A DNA stretch of 64,000 nt from Paramoeba atlantica (GCA_977017575.1 CDRNVI010000058.1:124001-188000); one strand, 5' to 3'. Positions 1 to 12,238 are shown, numbered from the stretch's first letter. The notes: generated from the sequence alone by a model not told the origin. Translations and numbers: made by a program.

Positions 1-760
<760 letters not shown>

Positions 761-939
761 TTAGATGCTAAAAAAAACTAGGTGTATAGCAAAAGATAAG
801 AGTTCGTGCTTTCGTACGTTTCGGATATTCAACATTAAAAGACAACGGCGAGAAGGGATAGAAACCAGGCGATTTTCTCTAAAAAAGAGTTTTAGTCTTC
901 CAAAACGAGCTATAGACATGAAGTTTTTTTTGCACGAAG

Positions 940-1464
940 TCATAGTCTTTGTATTCGAAGCTTTTCTTTCAATAATTGTGCTATATGCTTTTTTCTCCAT
1001 GCCTCAATGGGCTGCGCCTCAATCGAATTACGCTCCAATAGAGTCTTGATCTTAGCATCTCTGTCCGCGTCTGTGGTGCTATACATTCCTGTGCATTTGC
1101 GCTCCTCTCGGAGCGTGTCATGGGACCAGCGCAACATTTCCTTCGTGGAGGGATGCGTAAATAAGACCCCACCGTCCTCCAGCGCGTACGGAACCCAATG
1201 CTTTGACATTGTGCGGTGAACATCCGAAAGAGGACCGTCTCTACTCCCGTTAGGACGCGGTCGTTGTATGTCATGCCTGGGTGCAATATCCACGGATCTA
1301 TTTTTTCGAGTTGTCATTTTTCCTACACCATACCCGTAAGGTCCGTACGTGCGATAGGCATGGTTGTATGACCTCCCTTTTCTTGATCCACTAAGGGGAT
1401 GCTTTCCTCTATCAATTTGCGTGCTTTTGGTTCCCCGCAATCGAGATATCGAAGCTCGAAGCAT
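940..1464 (-). CDS. Basic, probably mitochondrion-targeted protein; possibly a mitoribosomal mL41-like subunit
   Basis: 174-aa ORF on the cluster strand with an MLRASISRLR presequence-like start; HPLSGSRKG...YGYGVGKMT loosely resembles mL41. Confidence 0.5.
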   Translation of the reverse strand: MLRASISRLRGTKSTQIDRGKHPLSGSRKGRSYNHAYRTYGPYGYGVGKMTTRKNRSVDIAPRHDIQRPRPNGSRDGPLSDVHRTMSKHWVPYALEDGGVLFTHPSTKEMLRWSHDTLREERKCTGMYSTTDADRDAKIKTLLERNSIEAQPIEAWRKKHIAQLLKEKLRIQRL

Positions 1465-1598
1465 ATTGTAGAATCTTAAGAATATGATGTTTTTGAAAAC
1501 AAATTAGTGTTTTAGCATTCAGCTAAGTTTAGCAGATTTGGTTTTGAAATAAAGACGGTGCTGTGTATCAAATCCCAAACTCGACAAAAACAAGATTG

Positions 1599-3194
1599 CT
1601 ATTCGTCAACATAATTGGAATCTTGACTCCCATGTTCTCTCTTTTTTAGAAACCGTGGAAGTAGGGTAGTGTACGTAAGGGATGCAAGAGATGAAGTAAT
1701 AATTACTGCAAGCATGCAAACGAGGTAAATATCACTTGCGCGTTGCTTTCCCACCATGAGCGCTTCTTGTTCCAAGGGATCGTCACAGAACACCTGGTTC
1801 TCAAAATATAACAGAGGAACAATGGCTTGAGCAGCTTGCGTAGTTGCTTTACCTCCCCAGAGAATTGCTGAACACATTCTTTCCGAAAGGCTCACATTTG
1901 GAAGAATGAACAATAATAGAAATGTAACGCCGATCCGCGTCATTAGTCCAACAGCTAAGCACGGAGCAGCCATGCGAAGAAAGCTCCACCTGAAAAGATC
2001 ACGAAATACTATTTGTGCCCCCACGAGTGCGAAAAGTATCGGCAGTGTGATTTGCTCCCAAATCCAAATAAAGTAGTATCGCAGCTCTCGAAGCGTTCCG
2101 TATTCAAAAGAATTTTCGTTCGTTTCCAGAACATGTACAAGACTTGCACACATGGAGAGCACCGCGAGAGAAGCTCCACCTACAAGACCTTTTCTACTTC
2201 CAAAGAACACAATGCTACAAGAAACGAGCAAGACATAGATGCTAAAAAAGTTTTTTGCGGATATCGAGGCATCTTTATTCTGACGTTTGATTTGAAGTAT
2301 CCCAACTCCCACGAGGGCAGTAAACGCGCCCAATAAGATTCCCCCAAAAGTTTGGGCCACAACAAACAGCGTAACGAGCTGTGGGCTCCATTTGTTGGTG
2401 CCAATCTCCACAAAAAACCCAATCATGGAAATCCCAAGAGCTGCGTCCAGGGAAGACGCTTTCTCTAGAAGACTCCCGAGCACGGGAGCAACCCCTCGTG
2501 AGCGGACATGCGCAACGGAGGCTAGAACGATTGCGGGGGATATCGGAGAGCACAGAAATCCCTGAAGAAACGCAAACCATGTGTGGTAGCCACAAAAATA
2601 CTTTGCGACCAGCGCGTGTGTCCCAGCCTCAGCAAGCAAGGGTAGCGTCCCTAACAAAAGAACACTCCCCCGTGTTCCCCAGAGCGATTTCCACGAGAGG
2701 AGCAAACCGGCCCGTAGTAAAATAATGCAGAGCCCAAATTGCTGTACCACACGAGTGACTTGATGGACCGTTCGTGATTTCTGAGAGGAGAGAAAGAACA
2801 GATTGTTAAACAGTGCCCCGCTTAACAAGATACAAAGTAGTGAGGGCAGCCCGGTAAAGCAGTGAACAAGACCGCCTAACAGAGTTGCAACCAGCACAAC
2901 ACAGGAGGTGTCAAAAGGAACCGTTCCTGTAGAGGTGATCTCCGAAGGTAACACATTCCATGCACTGAACCAAACAAGAGCTAAGAAAAGGATTCGAATC
3001 ACAAGACATGCGAAATCGATACGTACGCCGTTACCATGCACAATCACGATGCAACGAGCAAGTGGTTGGCATTGTACACTCCAACGGGGCTGTGTGGAAT
3101 CCGAGAACGTGGTCTTCGGACAGTACCATGGGGTAATGCTGTCCTTATGAGGACAGAAGACATTCTCCTCAGTCATACACGTTTTTCTACTCAC
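1599..3194 (-). CDS. Na+/H+ antiporter, NHA/SLC9B-like
   Basis: Many hydrophobic helices with motifs IILLRAGL, SPISPAIV, ASSLD, LPILFALVGA and GKATTQAA (compare PKATVQAA). Confidence 0.85.
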   Translation of the reverse strand: MSRKTCMTEENVFCPHKDSITPWYCPKTTFSDSTQPRWSVQCQPLARCIVIVHGNGVRIDFACLVIRILFLALVWFSAWNVLPSEITSTGTVPFDTSCVVLVATLLGGLVHCFTGLPSLLCILLSGALFNNLFFLSSQKSRTVHQVTRVVQQFGLCIILLRAGLLLSWKSLWGTRGSVLLLGTLPLLAEAGTHALVAKYFCGYHTWFAFLQGFLCSPISPAIVLASVAHVRSRGVAPVLGSLLEKASSLDAALGISMIGFFVEIGTNKWSPQLVTLFVVAQTFGGILLGAFTALVGVGILQIKRQNKDASISAKNFFSIYVLLVSCSIVFFGSRKGLVGGASLAVLSMCASLVHVLETNENSFEYGTLRELRYYFIWIWEQITLPILFALVGAQIVFRDLFRWSFLRMAAPCLAVGLMTRIGVTFLLLFILPNVSLSERMCSAILWGGKATTQAAQAIVPLLYFENQVFCDDPLEQEALMVGKQRASDIYLVCMLAVIITSSLASLTYTTLLPRFLKKREHGSQDSNYVDE

Positions 3195-3623
3195 GAAGTA
3201 CCATACGAAATCTCCTTGTCACCGAATTCAGAAGAGGGACATTGTTAATGGGCACCGGGAAGAGCACGTGACGCGAGCATTGAAGCGTATCGAAAGAGAA
3301 ATGCCCACTGATCTAAAAAATACATTGTGGTATTACGGTGATTCTAAATATAAGGTGGTTTATAACCGCCGTTCTATCCTCGATGATTGAAAACAAAGAG
3401 ACAAAACGGCAAAAAAAGGAGTAACACAATAAAAGAATATAAACCGCCGTGTAGTTTACTGTACACGGTAACTGGGTATAGACACACTAACATTTTCACA
3501 AAAAAGTAAAAAAATACAGTTTGAATCGCATTGGGGTGTTTGGCAATGCGAATTATTAACACTAGCCCTATAAAATGGCATAGTCCAACAGCATACCTTG
3601 ATGCAAAATTGAATCACTCCGAT

Positions 3624-4295
3624 TTATGAAGGGTATGCGGGATGCGTGCCTTGAATAACAAGTGAACTGCCTTGTAAAATCAAGCGTTCCATTTTTTCAG
3701 GCAAATCCGATACGTCCACTTCTCCTTCAAAATTATTGTTTTGCAAGTAAAGCATTCGAAGAGTAGAAGGCAAATTATGAAAAGATAATTGACCGGAAAA
3801 TTTATTTTCATGGAGCCACGCATTTTTAATTTCTGGTGGTAAGTCCTGAAGCACTATTGTCCCGCTTAGTTTGTTGCGATATAAGGATAGCGTTTTAAAA
3901 GTTTGTGGAAGAGAGCTAAGAACAAGTTCTCCGTAGAACCCGCATGCGCTAGCGTATAAAACCTCCAAGAAATTTGGCAAAGCCATGTAATCTATTGTTT
4001 GACTCAAAATGTTTTCAGAAAGCCTTAGTGCTGTCAGGTGGCGGGGTAAGAAGCTCCAAGCGACAGTACCCTTCAAGCCTTTTCTTAGCCAAGAAATTTC
4101 CTTTACGTGTCCCGATTCATCGCACCTAACACCCTCCCATTTGTCAATGGGAGTCGTCGCGTTCCAATTGTATACCGGGTGCGTCACGTTTTGCAGAAAC
4201 CTGCAGAGCTGAAGCTCGGGAGCCATTGTGATTTTACTTACTTTACCGAGACGAGAGGTAGAATACGAGTCCGCAGATAAACAGGTGGCTGCCAT
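3624..4295 (-). CDS. Leucine-rich repeat protein
   Basis: Repeated LxxLxLxxNxLSG units (LTALRLSENILS, FKTLSLYRNKLSG, LRMLYLQNNNFEG). Confidence 0.8.
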   Translation of the reverse strand: MAATCLSADSYSTSRLGKVSKITMAPELQLCRFLQNVTHPVYNWNATTPIDKWEGVRCDESGHVKEISWLRKGLKGTVAWSFLPRHLTALRLSENILSQTIDYMALPNFLEVLYASACGFYGELVLSSLPQTFKTLSLYRNKLSGTIVLQDLPPEIKNAWLHENKFSGQLSFHNLPSTLRMLYLQNNNFEGEVDVSDLPEKMERLILQGSSLVIQGTHPAYPS

Positions 4296-4471
4296 TACTG
4301 TAATAAAGATATCAGTAGTAGACTTGGATGCTGCTTTATGTGTTTACAGTAAAATATTTAATTACGGTATCATTTCATTACGGTGTCATTTATTAATAGA
4401 TGGTGAATTAAGAAATAAAACGTTTACAAGGCACAACTCTATGGCGTAATCTACTCTAAAGGTGCAACGTT

Positions 4472-5716
4472 TCACGGGCTTAAGAGCATAAGAATGACTA
4501 CCAAACAAGCACAAATGGTGAAAGGACAAGCGACGTAAAGAAAGAATATCAATAAAGAGACCTCGTGGGTCATGTAGTGCCGCATGCTGAAGATAAGACC
4601 AAGCTGGATCGCTGTTGGACAACATACCTGGACGAGATACACGAGATGCAGCACACGCCATCGGGGCAATGTACTGCGAAATAGGTAAAAGAAAGACAGG
4701 CCCAAACCAAGCGGAACGACAAGAAGACGCAGTACGGTGACGACAAACACAACCCTGGGAGGAAGAGGAAAGGGTTTAGCAGGAGTGCTGCCCTGTACTT
4801 CGGAATTCGAGACTGTGCCTTCCCTACCCTCCGATACCTCTTTCCGTACCTCTAGGAAAGTGAGATAGAGATTAGCTCCAAGGAGAACGAGAGTCAGGGG
4901 AACGGTACCCTCCCCGACCACGCGCAGAGCGGCATAGAACACATAGAGATATCCACTCTCTGAGTCGGTAAAGTGCCGCTGTAGCGAGGGTATGGCTAAG
5001 ACAATAAGCGTTAGAATCGCGGCGACAAAGGGCGCATTGACGCACTGTCTTAAAATCTCGAAAGTGCTTTTGTGTTTCAGGCAAAAGCTGGACCACCAGG
5101 CTCTTAGCGTTTTTGTTGTCGACGCGGATCCATTTTGCTGCGCATCACTCTGCCCTTCCTGTCCATTCGTGACCAAAAGCGTTCCCTCCTCGAAGCTACT
5201 GATTCGTTTCCTTTGCTCTTTTTTCTCATATTCAATGACATAAGTCCCTATGAACCACATAAATGGAGTCATGAATACATGAAACACGAAGCACAATGAA
5301 ATGGCCAATTCCAGATCTTCCCGAATCCACGGGATATTGGTTGCCAGAGATTGCAGGATATTGATAGGAAAACTGATTGTGTTGTTGAACGTTACACACA
5401 ACATAGCGAGAGGTCGAAACTTCGTCGGAAGAAGACAAGTGGCCGCGAGAAAGGTCAGCAGTGAGGAACCCACCACAACGTAACACACACAAACCGGAAG
5501 TAGCCATGAGTCCTCAAGCTGATGAATACTGAGAGCACCCACAATCGATGAGAATGTAAGTGCCGGGGTCATAATGGTGGCACTTACCTGGGCGATGGCC
5601 GATAGAGCCTTCTTCTCCGGTTTGCACACCCACGCAAAGTACACCCCGCTGGCGACAATAAGCATAAGCTTTACCACAGCGGTAACGACGTGGACCGCAA
5701 CTTGGATCATTCTCAA
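4472..5716 (-). CDS. Auxin-efflux-carrier family (PIN-like/PILS) membrane transporter
   Basis: 5+5 TM layout with a central loop; motifs MTPALTFSSI, FNNTISFP, GEGTVPLTLVLLGANL and CPTAIQL. Confidence 0.85.
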   Translation of the reverse strand: MRMIQVAVHVVTAVVKLMLIVASGVYFAWVCKPEKKALSAIAQVSATIMTPALTFSSIVGALSIHQLEDSWLLPVCVCYVVVGSSLLTFLAATCLLPTKFRPLAMLCVTFNNTISFPINILQSLATNIPWIREDLELAISLCFVFHVFMTPFMWFIGTYVIEYEKKEQRKRISSFEEGTLLVTNGQEGQSDAQQNGSASTTKTLRAWWSSFCLKHKSTFEILRQCVNAPFVAAILTLIVLAIPSLQRHFTDSESGYLYVFYAALRVVGEGTVPLTLVLLGANLYLTFLEVRKEVSEGREGTVSNSEVQGSTPAKPFPLPPRVVFVVTVLRLLVVPLGLGLSFFYLFRSTLPRWRVLHLVYLVQVCCPTAIQLGLIFSMRHYMTHEVSLLIFFLYVACPFTICACLVVILMLLSP

Positions 5717-5949
5717 GTGACTTTGTGATGTGTAGATGCGAACGACGTGAAAACGGGAGATTTACTGAAAGGTGATCAGTAGTGCGTGAAATCTCATATC
5801 CACGGGTATAAGAATAGGTAAACTTCTTCTTAGTGGTGTTCCATTGAGATTACAATCATCTTGCACTTCGAAATGTGATGCATACAAATACATGTATCAT
5901 GTAAGACAAAAAATCGCCTACATTTTGTCCCCAACAGAACCTCCCAGGG

Positions 5950-7902
5950 CTACGCCGACGTCAGATGCCCCACGGAATCTACACTGCCCTCTTCCGACCC
6001 CCCAACCCTTTCCTCCGCACCTCGTCCCCTCACCCCTCGACATGCCTCCCCGGTATACATCCCCGCATTCCGGGCTCGAAACACATCCCGGGGACTCACC
6101 TCTACCCCCTCAGGGTAGCTTGCCGCAACCTCCTCCTCCTTCCCCACCCTCTCCCGGTCCCTCTCCCGTACCCTCACCGCTCTCCTCCGGCTCAACTCCA
6201 ACACGTAGCGCTGGGGATCCAGCCGCATCCGGAGATACTCCCCCTCCCCATCTTCCTCCGGACAAAAATCCCCATCCCCATCTCCCCCCGCACTCGCCTG
6301 CTGCCCCTCCAGCACCGACGCCAGCCGTGTCTTTATGTCCCGCACGGAGCTCCCGGTGAGCTCCGCGCACTCCCGCAGCACTCTCCGCTGGTACGCCCCC
6401 AGCCGCCTCCGGTGCCACTGCCGGGTCAGCACCTCCGGGGCCTCCGCCCCCGGCACCCCGTGGAGGAACCCGAAGTGCGCCATCGCCTCCACGGGGTGCA
6501 GCACCCAGAGCTCCGCGCGGAGAGAGCCGCGGAGACGCTGGAGGAACGCAGGGGACTCATTGTAGTTATTAGAATTACAATTTCTATTTCTATTCTTCTT
6601 GTGGTTATTATAGTTTATATTTTCGTGGTTAGTAAAATGAAACGGTTGACTTCCGAGGGGGTGGGATGTCGTGGGCTCGGCATTCTGCATCGGGGCATCG
6701 AAATAGTCCAGCACGACCCAACGACGGTTGTGTTTGATTTCGTACTCGACGGGGTGCGGGCGGGAGGGCTCGAGAAGGGTTCGGAAGTTGGAGGTTAGCA
6801 CGACCGCGAGACCCCCGGGTCGGAGATGGGACCCGGCATGCTCGAAGAAGTGCTCGATCTCCCCATCGATCCCCGCGAGCCCGGGGGCGTAGGGGGTTTC
6901 GTGGGATTCGTACTGGGTTAAGGAGAGTAAATCCGGAGTGTAGACGACACAGTCAAACGGGAGGGCGTAGCTCGCGCGCGGGGATCGGCTGTTGGGGGGC
7001 TTGGTGTTCGAGGGGTCGACCGGGAGCGCGGGGAACATATCTGCGGTTTGAAATTGTAGCCGGCTACGGGTGGAGGTGTCGGAGAGTCGCCGGACATCCC
7101 GGAGCATGCCTTCGAGTGCACGGGGATTGGGGTCCGTACTGAGCAGGTTGATTTTTTTAAACCGGCTGAGGGCGAAAGGGAGGACACCGCAACCTACGTT
7201 GAGACATAGTACCCGCTGCAGCCTTAACGGGTTGTGCATGCAGGTGAACCATTTTATGAATAAAGCCACGTGTTGGAGATGAACGGGTTTCGGTAGCCGT
7301 ACGCCGAAAAGCGGATGGAGTCGAAGGTTGCTTAAAAGAGAGGGGAAATTCACCCCATTGCGCCAGGCCGCGAAGTGATCCACCAGCGAGAGGTAGTCAC
7401 GTACGGAGAGGTGCGTGTGAGCGGCTGCGGGGTAGGCCTTTTCAGCGAATTCGATAAAGTCACGATAGATGCTCTCATTCCAGTGGGTCTCCTCGAAATA
7501 GAACAAATGGCGGTAGAACGTCGTGTTCTTGTCTTTTTCACGAAAATCACGAAGCAGCCAAAAAGAGCGATCAAGGACGAGCCGTTCATAGGTCGCGGTT
7601 GCCGTCGCTTGTTGAAAGACCAGAGACGGGAGATCGATGGCAGGATGCTCCAGCGCAGAGAGCTGCGTTAAATACTTTTGATACTTATCCGCCATTTCTA
7701 ACGAGTGGTTGACTTGAACGTAGTGACCCTGTCGCAGGGAGGCGTAGACGGAGTCGTAGGTGTCAAGATTGGGGTCTAAAAGCCGTACCCCGTGGGTCTC
7801 GGGGTCCAACGTGTCCTGGGGACGAATCACGAGATGACGGGAAGAAAAGACACGGAGGGGGGGAGAGGGGGTGAGAGGGCGGCGAAAGAGCTGCGTCCAC
7901 AT
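5950..7902 (-). CDS. Class I SAM-dependent methyltransferase-like protein, probably mitochondrial
   Basis: 650 aa with LCLNVGCGVLPF (motif I), LLSTDPNPRA, ADMF and FDCVVYTP, plus a presequence-like N-terminus. Confidence 0.75.
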   Translation of the reverse strand: MWTQLFRRPLTPSPPLRVFSSRHLVIRPQDTLDPETHGVRLLDPNLDTYDSVYASLRQGHYVQVNHSLEMADKYQKYLTQLSALEHPAIDLPSLVFQQATATATYERLVLDRSFWLLRDFREKDKNTTFYRHLFYFEETHWNESIYRDFIEFAEKAYPAAAHTHLSVRDYLSLVDHFAAWRNGVNFPSLLSNLRLHPLFGVRLPKPVHLQHVALFIKWFTCMHNPLRLQRVLCLNVGCGVLPFALSRFKKINLLSTDPNPRALEGMLRDVRRLSDTSTRSRLQFQTADMFPALPVDPSNTKPPNSRSPRASYALPFDCVVYTPDLLSLTQYESHETPYAPGLAGIDGEIEHFFEHAGSHLRPGGLAVVLTSNFRTLLEPSRPHPVEYEIKHNRRWVVLDYFDAPMQNAEPTTSHPLGSQPFHFTNHENINYNNHKKNRNRNCNSNNYNESPAFLQRLRGSLRAELWVLHPVEAMAHFGFLHGVPGAEAPEVLTRQWHRRRLGAYQRRVLRECAELTGSSVRDIKTRLASVLEGQQASAGGDGDGDFCPEEDGEGEYLRMRLDPQRYVLELSRRRAVRVRERDRERVGKEEEVAASYPEGVEVSPRDVFRARNAGMYTGEACRGVRGRGAEERVGGSEEGSVDSVGHLTSA

Positions 7903-8157
7903 GGGGGATAGGAGAGACAGGGGTAAGGGGAAAGGACATAGACGGACAGAGAGGAAATTTTAGGGGGAGTAAGGTTTTTATGTGTTACAGAGAGTTAGGA
8001 TGAGGTTCGCTCCTCTGCATTTTCGTGTAAACTTACGTGAAATTCATGAAACTTGTATAAAAAATAACGGAAGTAAAGGATTTGGTACATTTTTTTGTGG
8101 TATCCGGTGAGTTGTTCTCAAACTACCCATGAAGCGATTCGCACCCGCATTGTCCCC

Positions 8158-9096
8158 TCACTGAAAAATCTCATTTAACGGATCCAGCGCGGGCAACGGA
8201 GGGCATGCTGCATTTCGCTGTTTTCTTTGCTTCTTTGCCTCACTACGTGCTCGGTAACTATACGTCTTGGCGTGCGATTCGACTTGTCTCGCATGAGGAG
8301 AGGGGACTTTGTTCTTCCAAAGCACATTTCCCCCACACAGCTTGTCCACCAGCAGCCGGGGGTACAACACGAAACGAGGACCAATCTCCATCACGTCCTT
8401 CCCGTCCGTGGTGAACTGGTAGTTCCGAAACCACACACACCCATCAAAGAAGAAAAAGCAATACATATGGTCATGAAACGGTTTCGCACGGGGATGGTCC
8501 TTGGGGGTACCGAAGCACATAGTGAGCAGAACTTGTAGCACTTTTAAATGAGGCTGTAGGGTAAATTCATTGTCAAAATGCAACAGTGGGCGAGAATACT
8601 TTAGACAGTTTCCTGTACGGCTGAGCTCTGCAGCAGTCGAGATCGAGACCAAGGAAAACAAGGCGGAGGGACCCTTGGGGGATTGCCCGATCCAGAGATC
8701 CGTTTCGCTCTTTCGCGGGTTAAGCAGTACCGTCGTGTTGCATTGGTACAGCGAGGTGAGTTCAGACATCACCGTTCCGAGCCCGGCATGGAGTTTTATT
8801 TTGCTCGTCCCTCGGCTGTGAGGTAACATCTCGTGGAAATCTTTTATGAGACAACGTTCTTTTTTAGAGATGGCTCGGGTGCCGAGTATAAGGCATCGCT
8901 GCTTGTTTGCGCCTACCGACGCGGATTGAGCCCTTCGCAAGGATACGTCCTGCACCATCGAGGTGGCTGCGTCATCGGATTCGATACTTGTGTTTTCTGA
9001 TTCAGGATCGGTCTCGGATGCTTCTGACGATTTATCAAGTGTTGGGGTCTTTCGTTTGCGAGCCATAAGTTTTGAGGCACTTTCACTAACTAACAT
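8158..9096 (-). CDS. BRX1: Brix-domain ribosome biogenesis protein
   Basis: PKGPSALF, GNCLKYSRPLLHFD, FGTPKDHPRAKPFHDH, DGCVWFRNYQ and EIGPRFVL. Confidence 0.9.
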   Translation of the reverse strand: MLVSESASKLMARKRKTPTLDKSSEASETDPESENTSIESDDAATSMVQDVSLRRAQSASVGANKQRCLILGTRAISKKERCLIKDFHEMLPHSRGTSKIKLHAGLGTVMSELTSLYQCNTTVLLNPRKSETDLWIGQSPKGPSALFSLVSISTAAELSRTGNCLKYSRPLLHFDNEFTLQPHLKVLQVLLTMCFGTPKDHPRAKPFHDHMYCFFFFDGCVWFRNYQFTTDGKDVMEIGPRFVLYPRLLVDKLCGGNVLWKNKVPSPHARQVESHAKTYSYRARSEAKKQRKQRNAACPPLPALDPLNEIFQ

Positions 9097-9281
9097 TTTT
9101 GGGTTTCCTGTGTAAGATTAGTATTATGGAAAGATCACTACCATAAACAATTCTTTAATATGATTTGCTTACTTTTACGTAACTCCTTGTCCCGCGTAAT
9201 TTAAAATAGATAAACAGAAGTACGAACCTTAAGTGTTTAGTACCCTTTTTTATTAGCTGACAGTGGCCCTATCTTAAACTT

Positions 9282-10091
9282 TTACAAGTGCAAGCCACTA
9301 GTCTTTAACCCTTCGGCATAATTTTCTATCCTCTTACTTTGCAGGTAAGGATATGAGACATCCCAATCAAGCGTGACGTGGGCGTTTAGCATAGCATCCA
9401 ATGATACAGATGCAGGTTGATGCAAGAACATCTCCTCGAACACAACTTCTGACTTTTCTCGCTTGAGGATTTCGTAGGATGCCCTAAAAATAACTTGCTG
9501 CACGTAATTCGCCAAGTAATAAAGAAGAGGAAGCGTAACTCGAACAAACTCTTCGATTTTGTGATCCACCTCATGCTTATCCTCTTTCTTTTTTGAAATG
9601 AACTCGAGGTCGTCTAGTCGGTTTCGTATATGGCGTAATACCGGCTCGGGCAATAATTCCGTGATTTGATGTAGCGATCTTCGTAAATTGGGTAACGTTT
9701 GTGTAATAACTTGTTGAACATTTTCTTCAGACAAAGTGAGCCATTTTTGGCCAACTGACAAGGTCGAGGAAGGCAAGGTTTTTGCCTTTTTCGACCCTTT
9801 CGAGGGCCTTTCTCTTTGTTCCAGTTTTTCGCATTCTTGATTCATTCGATCACAGAGGTGCATTACTCCCAATCTTAGTTGGCTAAGGCATAAAATAAGT
9901 TGTACAGGCGGAGGTAGAGTGCACACATCCTCCGTGTTTTTCGAGTTGACCTCATCCGAGGGTGGGGCTATTATGGAGCACAGAATATTATCGTAGACAG
10001 CATTTTGTGATTTCCATGCTTTATGGGCATAGTGCACAATTTGCCAAGACAACAAATCAGAAGACATTGGTAAGAAAGATACGAACTTCAA
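9282..10091 (-). CDS. Hypothetical helical protein
   Basis: 269-aa ORF on the cluster strand that fills the gap between genes; no motif recognised. Confidence 0.6.
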   Translation of the reverse strand: MKFVSFLPMSSDLLSWQIVHYAHKAWKSQNAVYDNILCSIIAPPSDEVNSKNTEDVCTLPPPVQLILCLSQLRLGVMHLCDRMNQECEKLEQRERPSKGSKKAKTLPSSTLSVGQKWLTLSEENVQQVITQTLPNLRRSLHQITELLPEPVLRHIRNRLDDLEFISKKKEDKHEVDHKIEEFVRVTLPLLYYLANYVQQVIFRASYEILKREKSEVVFEEMFLHQPASVSLDAMLNAHVTLDWDVSYPYLQSKRIENYAEGLKTSGLHL

Positions 10092-10309
10092 TTCTGGCCA
10101 AATCTAGTAGTAAAGCCCTGGTTGAAGAATACCAAACGAAATTATATTCCTTTGTGTTTTGTCACTAAAAAGGCAGGTTCTACACATTTCACAAACGTTT
10201 TTACCCCTTCGGATAAAAGATTTTCACAATCATTACAATTATGGTTAAATCACTTGCCTACACTATGATCGGCATACTCCATCATAGTGCATGCCTCCCG
10301 CCTCCGTCC

Positions 10310-12238
10310 TCAGGACTGATTCCCGTGCAGCAGCGCCTTTATCATTTGCTGTCGCAGCACACACTCCGTACCCTGCGAAGTGTTCTCCCCGAGCGGAATC
10401 CGTACCCCGTTATCATCATAGTACGCCCGTAGTACCGCTAAATACATCTCCTTGGCCACTTCCGTGACGGGAAGCACTGAAGGGAGCGCTACCTCCGGAC
10501 CCTTCTTCTTGCCCGCCCCCCTCTGCTGGGACTCCACTAAAATATGAACCCCACTCACGGAGGTACGGAACAGGTACCGCACCAACTCGACCCGCCGCTT
10601 TTGATTCCACGCCGCAAGCTGAGCGTGTGGTTCAATCGCAAACGACAGCGCGGAGTTTATTTTATTCGAAGCAAATTCGACATTTCCCGGAGGTCCGAGA
10701 AATTCGAGTCGTGCTAACGAGGCAAGAATACTGATGCTATTTCCCAAGGTCGTTTCATGGACCATATTCGGGAGCAGGACAATGATCTCCTGCATCAACG
10801 GGCGAAGTTCAAAAATGGCCGGACACAGCGTCGGGGGACGGCTGGCATCACTGACAAGCGTTGAAAGCCCACTCAGGAGTAAGGCTAGATCCGAGGGCTT
10901 GGCCTCCGGAAGCAACCCCTTAACGTGCCGGAGAAGTGAAACAAACTCCTCAGGGGGGTACACTTTTAAATGCACCATGGCGTTCAGCAACCGGCAGGTA
11001 TCGCTGATCGTCGTGGCATCGTGATGCGAGGGGAGGGTGAGGGAATCCGAAATCGGACCCTCGGAGGCCGCGTAGCCCGGAAACCGAACCCGTAAAAACT
11101 GAGCCGCAAACAACCGCACGTAGGTTTGGTTATAAAAATGCGTATTCCGCAGCGCCTGCAGCGCATCCACCAGTATCCGCGGGGAGGTATCCGCGAGTTG
11201 TGCCCCCAGCGCACGGCAACAGGCGTTGTACATCCCTTTATGGTCAATCTTATAATACGCCCCCGCGCGCAGCACATACAACACCTCCAACTGGGAATAC
11301 CCCTCCCCTCTCCTCATCACGTCCTCCAGCAACCTCTGCACCTCCCCCGCCATCCCATGCAGCACCTCCCCCGCCTTCCCATACTGCACCGCCTCCACAC
11401 TGTGCCACAGCCGGGCGTAGTCCGTAAACGTGGCCATCCCGCGGGTCGCGGCAAACCCCCCCAGCAGCGCGGCCCACATCCCGGGGTGCGCCACCCGGAC
11501 CCGGGCGAACGCCAGCCCCACCGTCGCCACCTCCCCCGGGGCCATCTCCCCCGCGAGCTGCGCGACCCGCGGGGCCAACCGCTGCATGGTGTCCGTGAAG
11601 TTCCCCGGGAGCAGCGCGGCCAGGGCGGCCACCACCGGGAGCACCCCCTCCACGGGGAGCTCATACCCGCGGTCCGCCAGCAGCGTGAACAGCGACTCCA
11701 CGAGCTGGGGGACGGCCTCCCCGAGGTGGAAGTAGCTGATGCAGGAGGCGAGTCGCGCGGCCTGGGCCACCGAGAGGGCCCGGGACCGGGCGTGCGACGG
11801 GAGGTTCTTGAGGAGACGGTCCAGCGCGAGACGGGCTTGGCTGAGGAGAGTGGGGTCGTGGGGGGGAGGAGTCGTAGTCGTAGTGGTAGTCGTAGGAGTA
11901 GGAGTCGTAGAGTTGTGGTGATGGGGAAGCGTAGTAGGTGTCGTAGTAGGTGTCGTAGTAGGATTTGTAGAGTTGTGGTGATGGGGCGTCGTACGAAGGC
12001 TACGCTCGTGTTGCTGTTTCAGTAGGGTGAGTCGAGTTACGGTGGTGGCTGCGATGGTTTCGTAAAAGGATTGGGTCTCGGCGAGGGGGGAGGGGGAGGG
12101 GGGGGTGTCGTCGAGGGTGGGGGGAGGGGGGGGAGGGGAGCGTCGGGAGGGGGAGGAGGAGGGGAGGGTGGAGGGGTTGGCGTGGATTTTGGCACGCATG
12201 CGAATCCATTGCTGCCATTGTTGTTTGATGGGGTTCAT
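10310..12238 (-). CDS. Helical-repeat (FASTK/RAP-like) protein with a Pro/Thr-rich N-terminal insert, probably organellar RNA-binding
   Basis: 642-aa ORF with repeated amphipathic helices (EVATVGLAFARVRV, EVLYVLRAGAYY, DLALLLSGLSTL). Confidence 0.65.
   Translation of the reverse strand: MNPIKQQWQQWIRMRAKIHANPSTLPSSSPSRRSPPPPPPTLDDTPPSPSPLAETQSFYETIAATTVTRLTLLKQQHERSLRTTPHHHNSTNPTTTPTTTPTTLPHHHNSTTPTPTTTTTTTTPPPHDPTLLSQARLALDRLLKNLPSHARSRALSVAQAARLASCISYFHLGEAVPQLVESLFTLLADRGYELPVEGVLPVVAALAALLPGNFTDTMQRLAPRVAQLAGEMAPGEVATVGLAFARVRVAHPGMWAALLGGFAATRGMATFTDYARLWHSVEAVQYGKAGEVLHGMAGEVQRLLEDVMRRGEGYSQLEVLYVLRAGAYYKIDHKGMYNACCRALGAQLADTSPRILVDALQALRNTHFYNQTYVRLFAAQFLRVRFPGYAASEGPISDSLTLPSHHDATTISDTCRLLNAMVHLKVYPPEEFVSLLRHVKGLLPEAKPSDLALLLSGLSTLVSDASRPPTLCPAIFELRPLMQEIIVLLPNMVHETTLGNSISILASLARLEFLGPPGNVEFASNKINSALSFAIEPHAQLAAWNQKRRVELVRYLFRTSVSGVHILVESQQRGAGKKKGPEVALPSVLPVTEVAKEMYLAVLRAYYDDNGVRIPLGENTSQGTECVLRQQMIKALLHGNQS

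Noticed and set aside
5844-6798. Long plus-strand Pro-rich ORFs (also 11126-12025, 17986-18489, 42795-43238)
   Set aside because: Antisense shadows of GC-skewed minus-strand genes; no independent motifs.
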